A DNA stretch of 60,535 bases from a virus. The notes under the pieces are model-generated. The model had not been told where the DNA came from. It saw only the letters and a list, made by a program, of their open reading frames with translations, and did not search any database. The stretch spans positions 1 to 60,535 of IMG/VR virus record IMGVR_UViG_3300045988_170019, one strand, 5' to 3'. Of this stretch, positions 24,468 through 32,547 are shown in pieces. Every line of letters begins with the position of its first letter. The stretch's first letter is position 1. The position numbers and the translations under genes were made by a program.

Positions 24468-24479
24468 TATTCTAGAATA
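24468..24479. repeat. 12-bp palindrome TATTCTAGAATA, copy 2 (extended form TTCTATTCTAGAATAGAA, 24465-24482)
   Basis: Lies in the 250-nt non-coding stretch between the holin gene and the integrase cassette. Confidence 0.8.
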
Positions 24480-24580
24480 GAAAAAATAAAAGTCCATGTA
24501 ATAATTGCGTCAAGCGTTATCTGTGGGTTCCTCAATTTATAAGGGAATATCACCCAACGCAATATTACATGGACCTAAGT

Positions 24581-24796
24581 TTACTTCTTTTCGCTGTTCA
24601 GAGCTTTGTTATACTGCACGGTACTAATCCCCAGAATCACCCCAAGGAATGTATCGATCGCAGTAATCGTGCCAACAATCTGTTCGCCGTAAGGCAGTCC
24701 CCATACCTGTGCAATCGCAAAATACAGGGTAGCCAAAGCCGGCAGCAGATACTGAGCAATCCACTTCAGAACATCATAGGTTTTGTTATTCATCAT
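24581..24796 (-). CDS. holin (phi LC3 / SPP1-type small holin)
   Basis: 71 aa. KW...YLLPALATLYFAIAQVWGLPYGEQIVGTITAIDTFLGVILGIS gives two TM helices plus a charged tail. It is the last gene of the late operon. Confidence 0.6.
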   Translation of the reverse strand: MMNNKTYDVLKWIAQYLLPALATLYFAIAQVWGLPYGEQIVGTITAIDTFLGVILGISTVQYNKALNSEKK

Positions 24797-24811
24797 TTTT
24801 CATCACTCCTT

Positions 24812-25123
24812 TCAAGCATGCGGATAGTCGTGCATAGGCAATTGTTCAACCTGTTTCATTGCTTTCTTAGCTGTACCATTTCCTTTGTTTGCCGCATATG
24901 GTAGATAAAGATAATCATGCAGATTCTCGTATTCATCTCGCGTAATATAGCCGCGTTTTATAAATTCATCTGCCAAGCTTACAATCCTGTCATGCGCCAA
25001 TCCCATCAGCAGCTTTGTTTTTGCATCGTTTTTGTCGCGGCGTGACTGTAAATAAGTCCAAAAGCCACTTGATGCCAATACACTGCAAACAATGGTTGCC
25101 ACCATCTGTACCCACGATTCCAT
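24812..25123 (-). CDS. membrane protein (103 aa), lysis-cassette associated
   Basis: One N-terminal TM helix (VATIVCSVLASSGFWTYL). Immediately upstream of the holin. Confidence 0.5.
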   Translation of the reverse strand: MESWVQMVATIVCSVLASSGFWTYLQSRRDKNDAKTKLLMGLAHDRIVSLADEFIKRGYITRDEYENLHDYLYLPYAANKGNGTAKKAMKQVEQLPMHDYPHA

Positions 25124-25138
25124 ACTTTTTACCTCCCC

Positions 25139-25519
25139 TTACGCTATTCGATCCAGCTCGTAAGGTATGGACATCCAGGCATTCGCGCCCATTATGGAAT
25201 AAGCGGTTCTAAATATCACCCATCCATAATCAGCGATTAAATTACAAACCCATTCCTCGGCTTCGATCCAATATTCAGGCCGCACCATTCGGTGAATATC
25301 ACCCAACAGCCCATAAGAATATAAAGCAGCATGGCCCAACTCGTGGATAAGAACAGTCATAAACTTCTCCCCTTTTAAGCGGCCAGAAATATAAATCACC
25401 AAATCAGTTGGGTCTGTTGTCGCCAGGGTAAGTTTTCCGGTTCTATCCACAAGTTGGGTGCTGCCTGGGTTTACGATTATTATTCGCCATAAATATCCAT
25501 TCATGGTAAACGTCTTCAT
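25139..25519 (-). CDS. small HExxH zinc-metallopeptidase-like protein (126 aa)
   Basis: VLIHELGHAAL motif. Size and context resemble ImmA/IrrE or SprT-like domains. Confidence 0.45.
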   Translation of the reverse strand: MKTFTMNGYLWRIIIVNPGSTQLVDRTGKLTLATTDPTDLVIYISGRLKGEKFMTVLIHELGHAALYSYGLLGDIHRMVRPEYWIEAEEWVCNLIADYGWVIFRTAYSIMGANAWMSIPYELDRIA

Positions 25520-25541
25520 AAACCGTTTAGACCACCCTGTA

Positions 25542-26144
25542 TTAGGTAGTCATTTCTCCAATTAGGGCTTGCAGGTCGGCTTTCATCTGCTTACGCAGTT
25601 CCGGCTCAGCATTCCCCCAAATTTCTCGCATGGTAGCAACACTGTTTGCAATGTGTTCACGCGCGTGTTTTGTCATGTCTTCCTTATCAGTAGCACTGTT
25701 GGAATCATGATAGTGTCGTTTCGATTCTTTCCACTCCCGGTAAGGTTTGCCGTAACGGTCAATATCCCCATACCGCTCATCATCAAATCGATTTATATTT
25801 GGCGTATAACCCATACGGTATTTTCGTGGGTCAAATTCACCAGATTTCATATCATTCCACCAAGCCGGCATGTTATTATCGGTATTCCAATCGTACATGC
25901 TGGGCTCAGATACGTATCCGTAGCGATCATTGCGTTCTTTCATGGCTTTCACTACAGTTTCATAATAACAAGCCTTTGCGATATAATAATCATGCTGAGC
26001 AAGGTCCTTGATCATGTCAACAACCTTACCTGCTTCGTCTACATCCGAACTTGGCAAACCAGATGAAATGTGAGGAGCCAATTCGGTGATCAGATTTTCC
26101 CGCATTCTGCAAGTATCCTCGCAGCCATATTCTTTTTCACTCAT
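25542..26144 (-). CDS. hypothetical protein (200 aa)
   Basis: Start moved to the ATG after AAAGGAGGAGCAGAA. Confidence 0.55.
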   Translation of the reverse strand: MSEKEYGCEDTCRMRENLITELAPHISSGLPSSDVDEAGKVVDMIKDLAQHDYYIAKACYYETVVKAMKERNDRYGYVSEPSMYDWNTDNNMPAWWNDMKSGEFDPRKYRMGYTPNINRFDDERYGDIDRYGKPYREWKESKRHYHDSNSATDKEDMTKHAREHIANSVATMREIWGNAEPELRKQMKADLQALIGEMTT

Positions 26145-26158
26145 TTCTGCTCCTCCTT

Positions 26159-26560
26159 TCAACAAGTTCTCCGCACAACAAATAGCGGATTTGCACTGAT
26201 GATAACATCTTCAGTACCAGTATTCACAACACTTACCCGGTCATAATCGCAGCATCCGTTATACATCGGATAACTGATACTTACCTCGCCAACCGCATTC
26301 GCGGTAGCAGGCGTATATGTCATTGCCGTATTTGGTACTACTTCACCGTTCAGGGCCAAGGCCAAGGTCACAGCAGTTCCAGCAGTTGCTCCGGTCACAT
26401 TCGCTTTAAAATAAATGTCGTAATTCGAACGCCGACACATTTTTACAGACCCGGTTCCCGACCGGTGGCATTCGCTGCATCCAGTTTTGCTTACATTATT
26501 AAACAAAACCGAATTACCAGTCGTAACCGTCTGTTCAGCGGTGTTGGTTAATCGCATCAT
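26159..26560 (-). CDS. C1q/TNF-like (BclA C-terminal-domain-like) protein, Cys-rich (133 aa)
   Basis: The pattern NSVLFNNV...G.......Y.IYFKANVTG.....VTLALALNGEVVPNT....VSVVN...ANPLFVV is typical of BclA-CTD jelly-rolls. No collagen repeats are present. Confidence 0.4.
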   Translation of the reverse strand: MMRLTNTAEQTVTTGNSVLFNNVSKTGCSECHRSGTGSVKMCRRSNYDIYFKANVTGATAGTAVTLALALNGEVVPNTAMTYTPATANAVGEVSISYPMYNGCCDYDRVSVVNTGTEDVIISANPLFVVRRTC

Positions 26561-26587
26561 ATCGTTTTCCTCCCTTCAAGGAATTAT

Positions 26588-26626
26588 CAAAAATAGGTGG
26601 GAGAACACCTTTCAGCACTCTCCCAC
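26588..26626 (-). terminator. intrinsic terminator
   Basis: Minus strand: GTGGGAGAGTGC-TGAAAG-GTGTTCTCCCAC then CTATTTTTG. Confidence 0.65.
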
Positions 26627-26629
26627 GTT

Positions 26630-26642
26630 CCATTTTGATTTA
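26630..26642 (-). promoter_or_regulatory. Late-junction motif copy (AAATCAAAATGG)
   Basis: Minus strand: TAAATCAAAATGGAA, just after the stop of 26649..27428. Confidence 0.5.
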
Positions 26643-26648
26643 CAGCGC

Positions 26649-27428
26649 TCAACCATTGCAGCAAGTAGGCTGCTGGCAAGGCAGATTACCGGTGCTTCGG
26701 AAGGGATTGTCAACGAGATAAGCCGGAACAGCGGAGGGACGTAGCTGAGAAATCAGATACTGATTCTGTGCCTGCTGACTTGTCGCAAGGGTGCACTGAT
26801 TCAACTGTGTACGCAGCTGGGCAATAATCTCATCCTTATCCGCCATCCGGTTTGCAACCATTTCGTCATGCAATGCTCGATAATTGTTGTTATCATTCTG
26901 CATAATTGCCTGTGTCTGGTTGTTGATCGCAGTCGTAATCGCGCAGGTGTCAGTTGCCATGTTATACATGATTTGTGCCTGCCCCTGCTTATTCTGGCAG
27001 CAGCAATCTGCAAGCTGGGTCTGCAAGGCATTTGCATTCTGCATAGCTGCAATATTATTCGCATTGATCGCCTGCTGCAAACCAAAGTTGCCCTGCATCA
27101 TGTTCATCTGGATACCATTAAAACCGGTCTGCATACCGTTGTTCACAGCATAAAAACCGTCACACAGACCGTTCGAAATACCGTCCAGCTTAGAAATTAC
27201 TGCCTGGGTGTCAAATCCACGCTGAATGTCTGCCTGAGTAGCGGTTGCTTCACGACCGTTATTTCCATAACCGCCGTAACCATAGCCACCAAAACCGCCA
27301 TACATCGCCATCAGCAGAATCAGAATCCACCAACCGTTATTAAAGCCATTGCCGTCATCATTCTGGCGATTGGTAATTGCCGCAATATCAGCCAGACTCG
27401 GACCCATAGTCATACCACCATTAAACAT
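26649..27428 (-). CDS. membrane-anchored Gln/Asn-rich protein with Gly/Tyr tract and Cys clusters (259 aa)
   Basis: WWILILLMAMYGGFGGYGYGGYGNNG (TM helix plus G/Y tract). Long Q/N-rich helical region. Cys clusters CCCQNK and C-terminal CQQPTCC. Start set at the ATG after AAGGAGGAAC. Confidence 0.6.
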   Translation of the reverse strand: MFNGGMTMGPSLADIAAITNRQNDDGNGFNNGWWILILLMAMYGGFGGYGYGGYGNNGREATATQADIQRGFDTQAVISKLDGISNGLCDGFYAVNNGMQTGFNGIQMNMMQGNFGLQQAINANNIAAMQNANALQTQLADCCCQNKQGQAQIMYNMATDTCAITTAINNQTQAIMQNDNNNYRALHDEMVANRMADKDEIIAQLRTQLNQCTLATSQQAQNQYLISQLRPSAVPAYLVDNPFRSTGNLPCQQPTCCNG

Positions 27429-27622
27429 AAAACGTTCCTCCTTCATCAAAAATTGATGTGTAAAAAAATAAATTTCAAACAGCAAAACTTCCAAAGTCAT
27501 CCCCGCGCGCAAAGGGATTTCTCCATCCATTCAGCCATTTGTTGCAAAAAAATAAGACCTGTCCTATCCGGCGTCACATCATACCGGTGGTTACAGGTCT
27601 CTTTTAACATCCTTTTAAAATC

Positions 27623-27832
27623 TTACCCGGAAATATGGAAAAACTGTTTCGCCATCCGCATTCCCTCTTCTTTACTAATTCCGTAACTTTTCAGGATATT
27701 GTTTGCCATTTCTTCCCCACGTTCCGCATCAGCTGTCTGAATCAGAGTGGTGCACTGCTGGATCATCGGGTTATTCGGAAGATTTTGATTCTGACTCATA
27801 AAATTCATAGCAAACTGTTTTGCATCAAACAT
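27623..27832 (-). CDS. hypothetical protein (69 aa)
   Basis: Track ORF with an AAAGGAGGAAC SD. Confidence 0.5.
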   Translation of the reverse strand: MFDAKQFAMNFMSQNQNLPNNPMIQQCTTLIQTADAERGEEMANNILKSYGISKEEGMRMAKQFFHISG

Positions 27833-27851
27833 ACTAAAGTTCCTCCTTTAT

Positions 27852-27865
27852 TCGATTTTGATTTT
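27852..27865 (-). promoter_or_regulatory. Late-junction motif, variant copy (AAAATCAAAATCGA)
   Basis: Minus strand: AAAATCAAAATCGAATAAAGGAGG. Confidence 0.35.
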
Positions 27866-28253
27866 ATTTATTGGGTTCTGCCGGTTCTTCTTTCGGCAGT
27901 TCCTTTTTCTGGTAATTATTTTTGTACGGTTTTCGATAAGGTTTTTCAATCATTCGCTCAATCTTATCGAGCTGTTTTTTCAAATCCTGAATTGTCAGGT
28001 TTTCTTCAGCTTTTTCCGTAATTGCATTGGTTTCTTCCGGTACAAATTTACAGGTGCAAATCATACCATTGGAATTCCACCATTTTGCCCAAACACATTT
28101 CCAGTCAGCCTGTGGGAACAAACTCACATTTCCATCCATCGGGATATCTTGTGGTGTAATGGCGTTTTCGTTCATCACCATTTTTCCAGGAATCACCGGA
28201 ACATTTATCTGACCACTGAATGGATTCTGGTATCGGTTCATCTGCGGGTTCAT
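27864..28253 (-). CDS. hypothetical protein (129 aa)
   Basis: Track ORF directly downstream of the tail-fibre gene. Confidence 0.55.
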   Translation of the reverse strand: MNPQMNRYQNPFSGQINVPVIPGKMVMNENAITPQDIPMDGNVSLFPQADWKCVWAKWWNSNGMICTCKFVPEETNAITEKAEENLTIQDLKKQLDKIERMIEKPYRKPYKNNYQKKELPKEEPAEPNK

Positions 28254-28269
28254 AATGTGTCACTCTCCC

Positions 28270-30237
28270 TTACCTAGTTCCGCTTGCCCTGATGTAATAT
28301 TCATCTTTTACGTTACTAATTGTAACAGAATCATAGCTTACACCATCAATTGTAGTCTTTCCAACCACATTGCTTGTAACATCTGTTCCACTTGAACCTC
28401 CTCGTTTAACGGTAATGCTAACTGAGGTATATCCTTTGTCTGGTTCATACGCTTGAACGAATGTATCGCCATCCCAAGCGTAGTTAGCATGCACGCTGTC
28501 GTCAACACACCCTGTTGTCTGTTTCGTTGAACAACTACTGTATGTTAATTTCATCCAGTGCCACATAGCGCCAGTACCGGTAATTTCAACCTTCCCTGTA
28601 ATTTTTGGAATATCGATTGTCGCAGAAATATAAGTCCGAACGCCATAAGATCCAGTAGAATACGTTACAACATCATGGGTAATATCGGTTCCGCCCATTT
28701 TTACCGTTAATGCCTTTAATTTATAATCCCCGCTCCGAGTAACTGTTGCGGTATAATGAGCATCAGCTTCCACGCTCGTTGCGTTATTCGAGGTCGTACA
28801 ATTTGTCAAGTTATTTACTACATCATAATTGCTTAACGTATAACCATTTGCGGTAATATAAACATTAAATGTAACACTAGGGATATTGATCTTATTTCCG
28901 CTCACGTATTTGTTTGTAACATCAGTTCCGGTAGAACTTCCTTCGTGTACTGTAATTGTAACGGCATTATATCCGCTAGTGGGAGTTACCGTGCATTCGT
29001 AGCTAGATCCCCTTTTAATAACACTTGTCGTATTGGATAGGGTTACCCCACGAGTTGTTGCAACAATCTGGAAAGTTTGGTATACATTTACGGTAATTAC
29101 AACATTATCCGTAACTTTGTTAATCGTAACTTTCTTTCCGCTCAACGCCGTCGATGTAATGTCCCTTCCTCCCATCTTTACAGTTGCCGATTCAAATCCA
29201 TAATTTGCGTATGAGATTTGAATAGTGGCTGAGTACGATTCACCCGAATTTACAGTAGTAGTCTTACTTGGAATACTGCTTTCACTATAATTTGTCGTGA
29301 TGGTATATTTTTTCAATTCATTAAATTTCGCAGTCAAAGTAATATTGCTTGTTACCTTATCAGTCTTAAAATTCCATTTTGAATTTCCGTTATACCATCC
29401 ATCAAATATATATCCGTCTTTGGTTGGGGTGGCCGGTTCACTTGCGTACCCTCCGGCAGCAACGGTCTGGCTGGGAATTCCACTTACCCCGCTAAAACTT
29501 ACGGTGTAAGTAGTCTCTCGCACACCATTTGCGGTAATCGCAACATTTCCTGTTACTTTGCTGATTGTCACCTTATTACCACTCACAGAGCTTGTTGTAA
29601 TGTCCGTTCCGCCCATCTTAACAATAAAACTAACAGAAGAATATCCGGAATTTGGCGTATATGTTGCAGTGAACGAATCATTTTTATTCACTGCTGAAAT
29701 GTTTGATGAACTGGTACAATTTGTGCATGATTGCGTAATACCATACGTTTCTGGTGTACTTCCACCATCAACCAAACTTTCCAACCGTTTTACTTTTGCT
29801 TGCAGAGTTCCAATATCATTTTCGTAGCTGGAATAATTTACTCCTGTTGAGCTCGATTCTTTACTTACCCCTCGACGCACTATAATTTCTGTGCACCAAA
29901 TTCCAAGAGTATTTCCGTCGGAATCATACAAAATCGGCTGGACCAGTGCCATTCCACTTTTAGCGCTAATGTCTTCGATTAACCGGATCGTAACGGTATT
30001 GCCACTAATTTCATAAGCTGAACTGCCATCTGGCAACTGCGAATAAACGCCACTTGTTTTGTCTGCTTTTTCATAAGCAATCCGTAAGCTAACACCTGAC
30101 GGAATTTCATAACTCAATCCGTCAGCGTATAATCGGTAACAAATCGCCCGCGAATTAGCATCTCCCTGCATGCAAGCCCAGGTAGGTGGAACTTCCAGCC
30201 GTACAAGATCAACATTAAACGTTTTCGTAACAACCAT
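28270..30237 (-). CDS. BppU-like baseplate/tail-fibre protein with tandem Ig-like repeats
   Basis: N-terminus (VDLVRLEVPP..MQGDANSR.ICYRLY) looks like a BppU N-terminal domain. Five ~80-aa repeats (..TYTP.SGY..V...VKMGG.DIT...SG.KVTI..VTGNV.ITA.G). One Listeria/Bacteroides-type repeat (DGYIFDGWYNG..W.F..D.VT.NITLTAKF). Confidence 0.65.
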   Translation of the reverse strand: MVVTKTFNVDLVRLEVPPTWACMQGDANSRAICYRLYADGLSYEIPSGVSLRIAYEKADKTSGVYSQLPDGSSAYEISGNTVTIRLIEDISAKSGMALVQPILYDSDGNTLGIWCTEIIVRRGVSKESSSTGVNYSSYENDIGTLQAKVKRLESLVDGGSTPETYGITQSCTNCTSSSNISAVNKNDSFTATYTPNSGYSSVSFIVKMGGTDITTSSVSGNKVTISKVTGNVAITANGVRETTYTVSFSGVSGIPSQTVAAGGYASEPATPTKDGYIFDGWYNGNSKWNFKTDKVTSNITLTAKFNELKKYTITTNYSESSIPSKTTTVNSGESYSATIQISYANYGFESATVKMGGRDITSTALSGKKVTINKVTDNVVITVNVYQTFQIVATTRGVTLSNTTSVIKRGSSYECTVTPTSGYNAVTITVHEGSSTGTDVTNKYVSGNKINIPSVTFNVYITANGYTLSNYDVVNNLTNCTTSNNATSVEADAHYTATVTRSGDYKLKALTVKMGGTDITHDVVTYSTGSYGVRTYISATIDIPKITGKVEITGTGAMWHWMKLTYSSCSTKQTTGCVDDSVHANYAWDGDTFVQAYEPDKGYTSVSITVKRGGSSGTDVTSNVVGKTTIDGVSYDSVTISNVKDEYYIRASGTR

Positions 30238-31743
30238 TTAACCACCCCACTTTCCAACACCAATGATTGCTTCTGTAATTGTCTTTTCCGGCTCACCAAC
30301 GCCAATTTCGGTATAATACCGTCCAATCGGATTATATACAGTTTTTGTTACTCGCACCTTCTGGTCAGTACCGGTATAAATACTCTTCGCTCTTACCCGA
30401 TCCCCAAGACGCAATGTTTTTGCTTCTTCACTATCTGGGTCTAACACAACAGTAAAATTGATCGTGTTTTCTACCGCATCTTTTTGCAGTGGTGTCATTA
30501 CTTTTCGTGCATAAGCATAAAGTTTATCTCCGTCAGGCTTAGAATCAAAAGCATCAGAAGCATCAATAATCATCGGTTTCGAGTAATCATATTTTGTATT
30601 GATAACCGCTTCATCCATATGGTCCACATATACTTTTTTGTCATACCCGCTGGTAGAGCTGTCTATCCGCGTACCAACTGTGTCGCTGGTTCCAAGCCAA
30701 TACCCATCTTTCCAATCACCGGTCAATGGTATCTCTTCGCCAGTCGTTCCGTTGCCTTTATATAGTTTTACGCTGTCGGTGTTCACCTGATCTGTATTCG
30801 TGCTGATTGCAACGTTCAGATTTTTGGTTGGTGTAAATGTCAAAACCTGATACCCATAACCAATCGTAGCGATTCGTTCACCCGTTGCCCATTCCGCACC
30901 ACTATCCAAATCAAGCTGCACCAAAACACTATCCTGTGCATCCCAGCCACCGGTAATCACAGTATATTGCTGCCCAGCAACCAACTGCGGTGTTCCGATC
31001 CATTTACCGCTATGATGGTATTTGTACCCATACCAATAAGCAAAACCACCGGTAAAATAATCACTTAATTTTGCTGTATCTTTTACGTCCACAGCATTGC
31101 GTCGGTCATCAAATACAAAATCCGTATCACTGCCCATTTGCCGGTAAACAAGCAATTTCTCATTGTCCCAGTCAAATTCGAGTCCGTCATACAAATCCAT
31201 CAATCCAGTATCGGTATCATACAAGATATTGTATAGGGATTTTGTGAATGTATGCAAAAACTCTTTGCCATCCTGGTAATTACTTAAATCGCTCATTACT
31301 TCATAGCTAAAAGCATTTCGCCTGGTTCCTGGTAACGTGCTGGCGGCAATGTTAATCAGCGCCTGTGTCAAGCCGTAAGTTGAACCTTGCAGCCGCTCTA
31401 CACCGGTCCCTTCAATCGCCAGGGATTCTTTGTCGTAACCAATATGGGTGCATCGTACCGAGACAAGCTCCCCTTCGGCTTTTGATTTTTCTGCAATCCG
31501 GAATTTTTGCAGCGTTCCGCCATAATATGGCTCCGCAACAATAATCGACCGGAATTTCAATTCATCAAATAGCTCTCCATTATAAGGGTAATCAAACGTC
31601 AACTCGTAAGTTCCACCACGCTTATCCTTATAATTCAACTCTCTCGTTACTCGCACATTAATGGCATCGCTCAATACGCCGTTTGCATTATTGGCTACAA
31701 ATTCCTTATCGGTATCTCCGTCCAGGTAAATTTTAAGCATCAT
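30238..31743 (-). CDS. tail-associated (Tal-like) minor structural protein
   Basis: Position after Dit. N-terminus MLKIYLDGD.. is typical of siphovirus tail endopeptidase/Tal N-domains. ATGA overlap with the Dit stop. Confidence 0.6.
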   Translation of the reverse strand: MMLKIYLDGDTDKEFVANNANGVLSDAINVRVTRELNYKDKRGGTYELTFDYPYNGELFDELKFRSIIVAEPYYGGTLQKFRIAEKSKAEGELVSVRCTHIGYDKESLAIEGTGVERLQGSTYGLTQALINIAASTLPGTRRNAFSYEVMSDLSNYQDGKEFLHTFTKSLYNILYDTDTGLMDLYDGLEFDWDNEKLLVYRQMGSDTDFVFDDRRNAVDVKDTAKLSDYFTGGFAYWYGYKYHHSGKWIGTPQLVAGQQYTVITGGWDAQDSVLVQLDLDSGAEWATGERIATIGYGYQVLTFTPTKNLNVAISTNTDQVNTDSVKLYKGNGTTGEEIPLTGDWKDGYWLGTSDTVGTRIDSSTSGYDKKVYVDHMDEAVINTKYDYSKPMIIDASDAFDSKPDGDKLYAYARKVMTPLQKDAVENTINFTVVLDPDSEEAKTLRLGDRVRAKSIYTGTDQKVRVTKTVYNPIGRYYTEIGVGEPEKTITEAIIGVGKWGG

Positions 31744-32528
31744 AGCCGCCACCACCTCGGTATTACTTCCATTTTGCTAATACCCAACTGCTCAGTTCCA
31801 TCTTTTTCAAATCGGAAACTATTCTCACCCTTTCCAAAAAACGGAAATGTTGTAGCAGTTGTTCTCGTGTTCAGCCACTGTTTTTCGCCATACAACCACT
31901 GGTACATTGTTTCTTTTTCGCAGTCAATCTCAATCCAATCGTTGGCAATATCTCGCAACGTAATGTCAAAATCGCTCTGGAGGTTATTTGCCGTCCATTT
32001 CAAAATCGCATTACCGCCGCCGGTTGAATAAAGTCGGATAATTGGCTTTGCTGGGTATGGCGTCGGATTATAAAAACGATATTCAATCGCTTCGTTATCC
32101 CTTACATCATAGCTAATCGTCTTTTCGCCAATTTTCAGATATCGTTCCGGCTTACAGTCAAATGTCAACGTTGCCCTTGCACCATGGTCTAAAATATTCG
32201 TGATATTCCCGGACTCGTTAAACATTGCCATTCGGTAATGCTCCGGATCATAGCTGTCTTCCAGCCGGCAATATCCAGTCCCTGCATGGCAGAAATCGGA
32301 AATCCGGTCTGCGAGTTCCCAAAATCTATATTTTTTATCGGCAACAGCCACGTCATAATTTCGCTCAACGTTCCCGAAAGAATCATAAGCGTACGTAACA
32401 ATATCTCCATTACGTCCGGTAACGTGCGTTTTGCCATAATCTCTTTGGGGCATACTGGTATCTGGGAAATGCTCCACAACAATCCCATAATCGGCGCTGC
32501 TCACACCGTTAAAAACAATCACTCCCAT
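31740..32528 (-). CDS. distal tail protein (Dit)
   Basis: Immediately follows the tape measure. N-terminus is MGVIVFNGVSSADYGIVVEHFPD. Confidence 0.6.
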   Translation of the reverse strand: MGVIVFNGVSSADYGIVVEHFPDTSMPQRDYGKTHVTGRNGDIVTYAYDSFGNVERNYDVAVADKKYRFWELADRISDFCHAGTGYCRLEDSYDPEHYRMAMFNESGNITNILDHGARATLTFDCKPERYLKIGEKTISYDVRDNEAIEYRFYNPTPYPAKPIIRLYSTGGGNAILKWTANNLQSDFDITLRDIANDWIEIDCEKETMYQWLYGEKQWLNTRTTATTFPFFGKGENSFRFEKDGTEQLGISKMEVIPRWWRL

Positions 32529-32547
32529 TGTGGAGCACTCCTTTCAT

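Noticed and set aside
26868-27686. 272-aa plus-strand ORF, plus minus-strand ORF 26801..27085, overlapping the Q/N-rich gene
   Set aside because: These are alternative frames of a compositionally biased (CAG/CAA/AAC-rich) gene. Only the 26649..27428 frame has a strong SD, a TM helix and coherent sequence.
28270-30237. Diversity-generating retroelement or other targeted hypervariation acting on the repeat-rich fibre gene
   Set aside because: The window has no reverse-transcriptase gene and no template/variable repeat pair at DNA level. The repeats are diverged protein-domain repeats.
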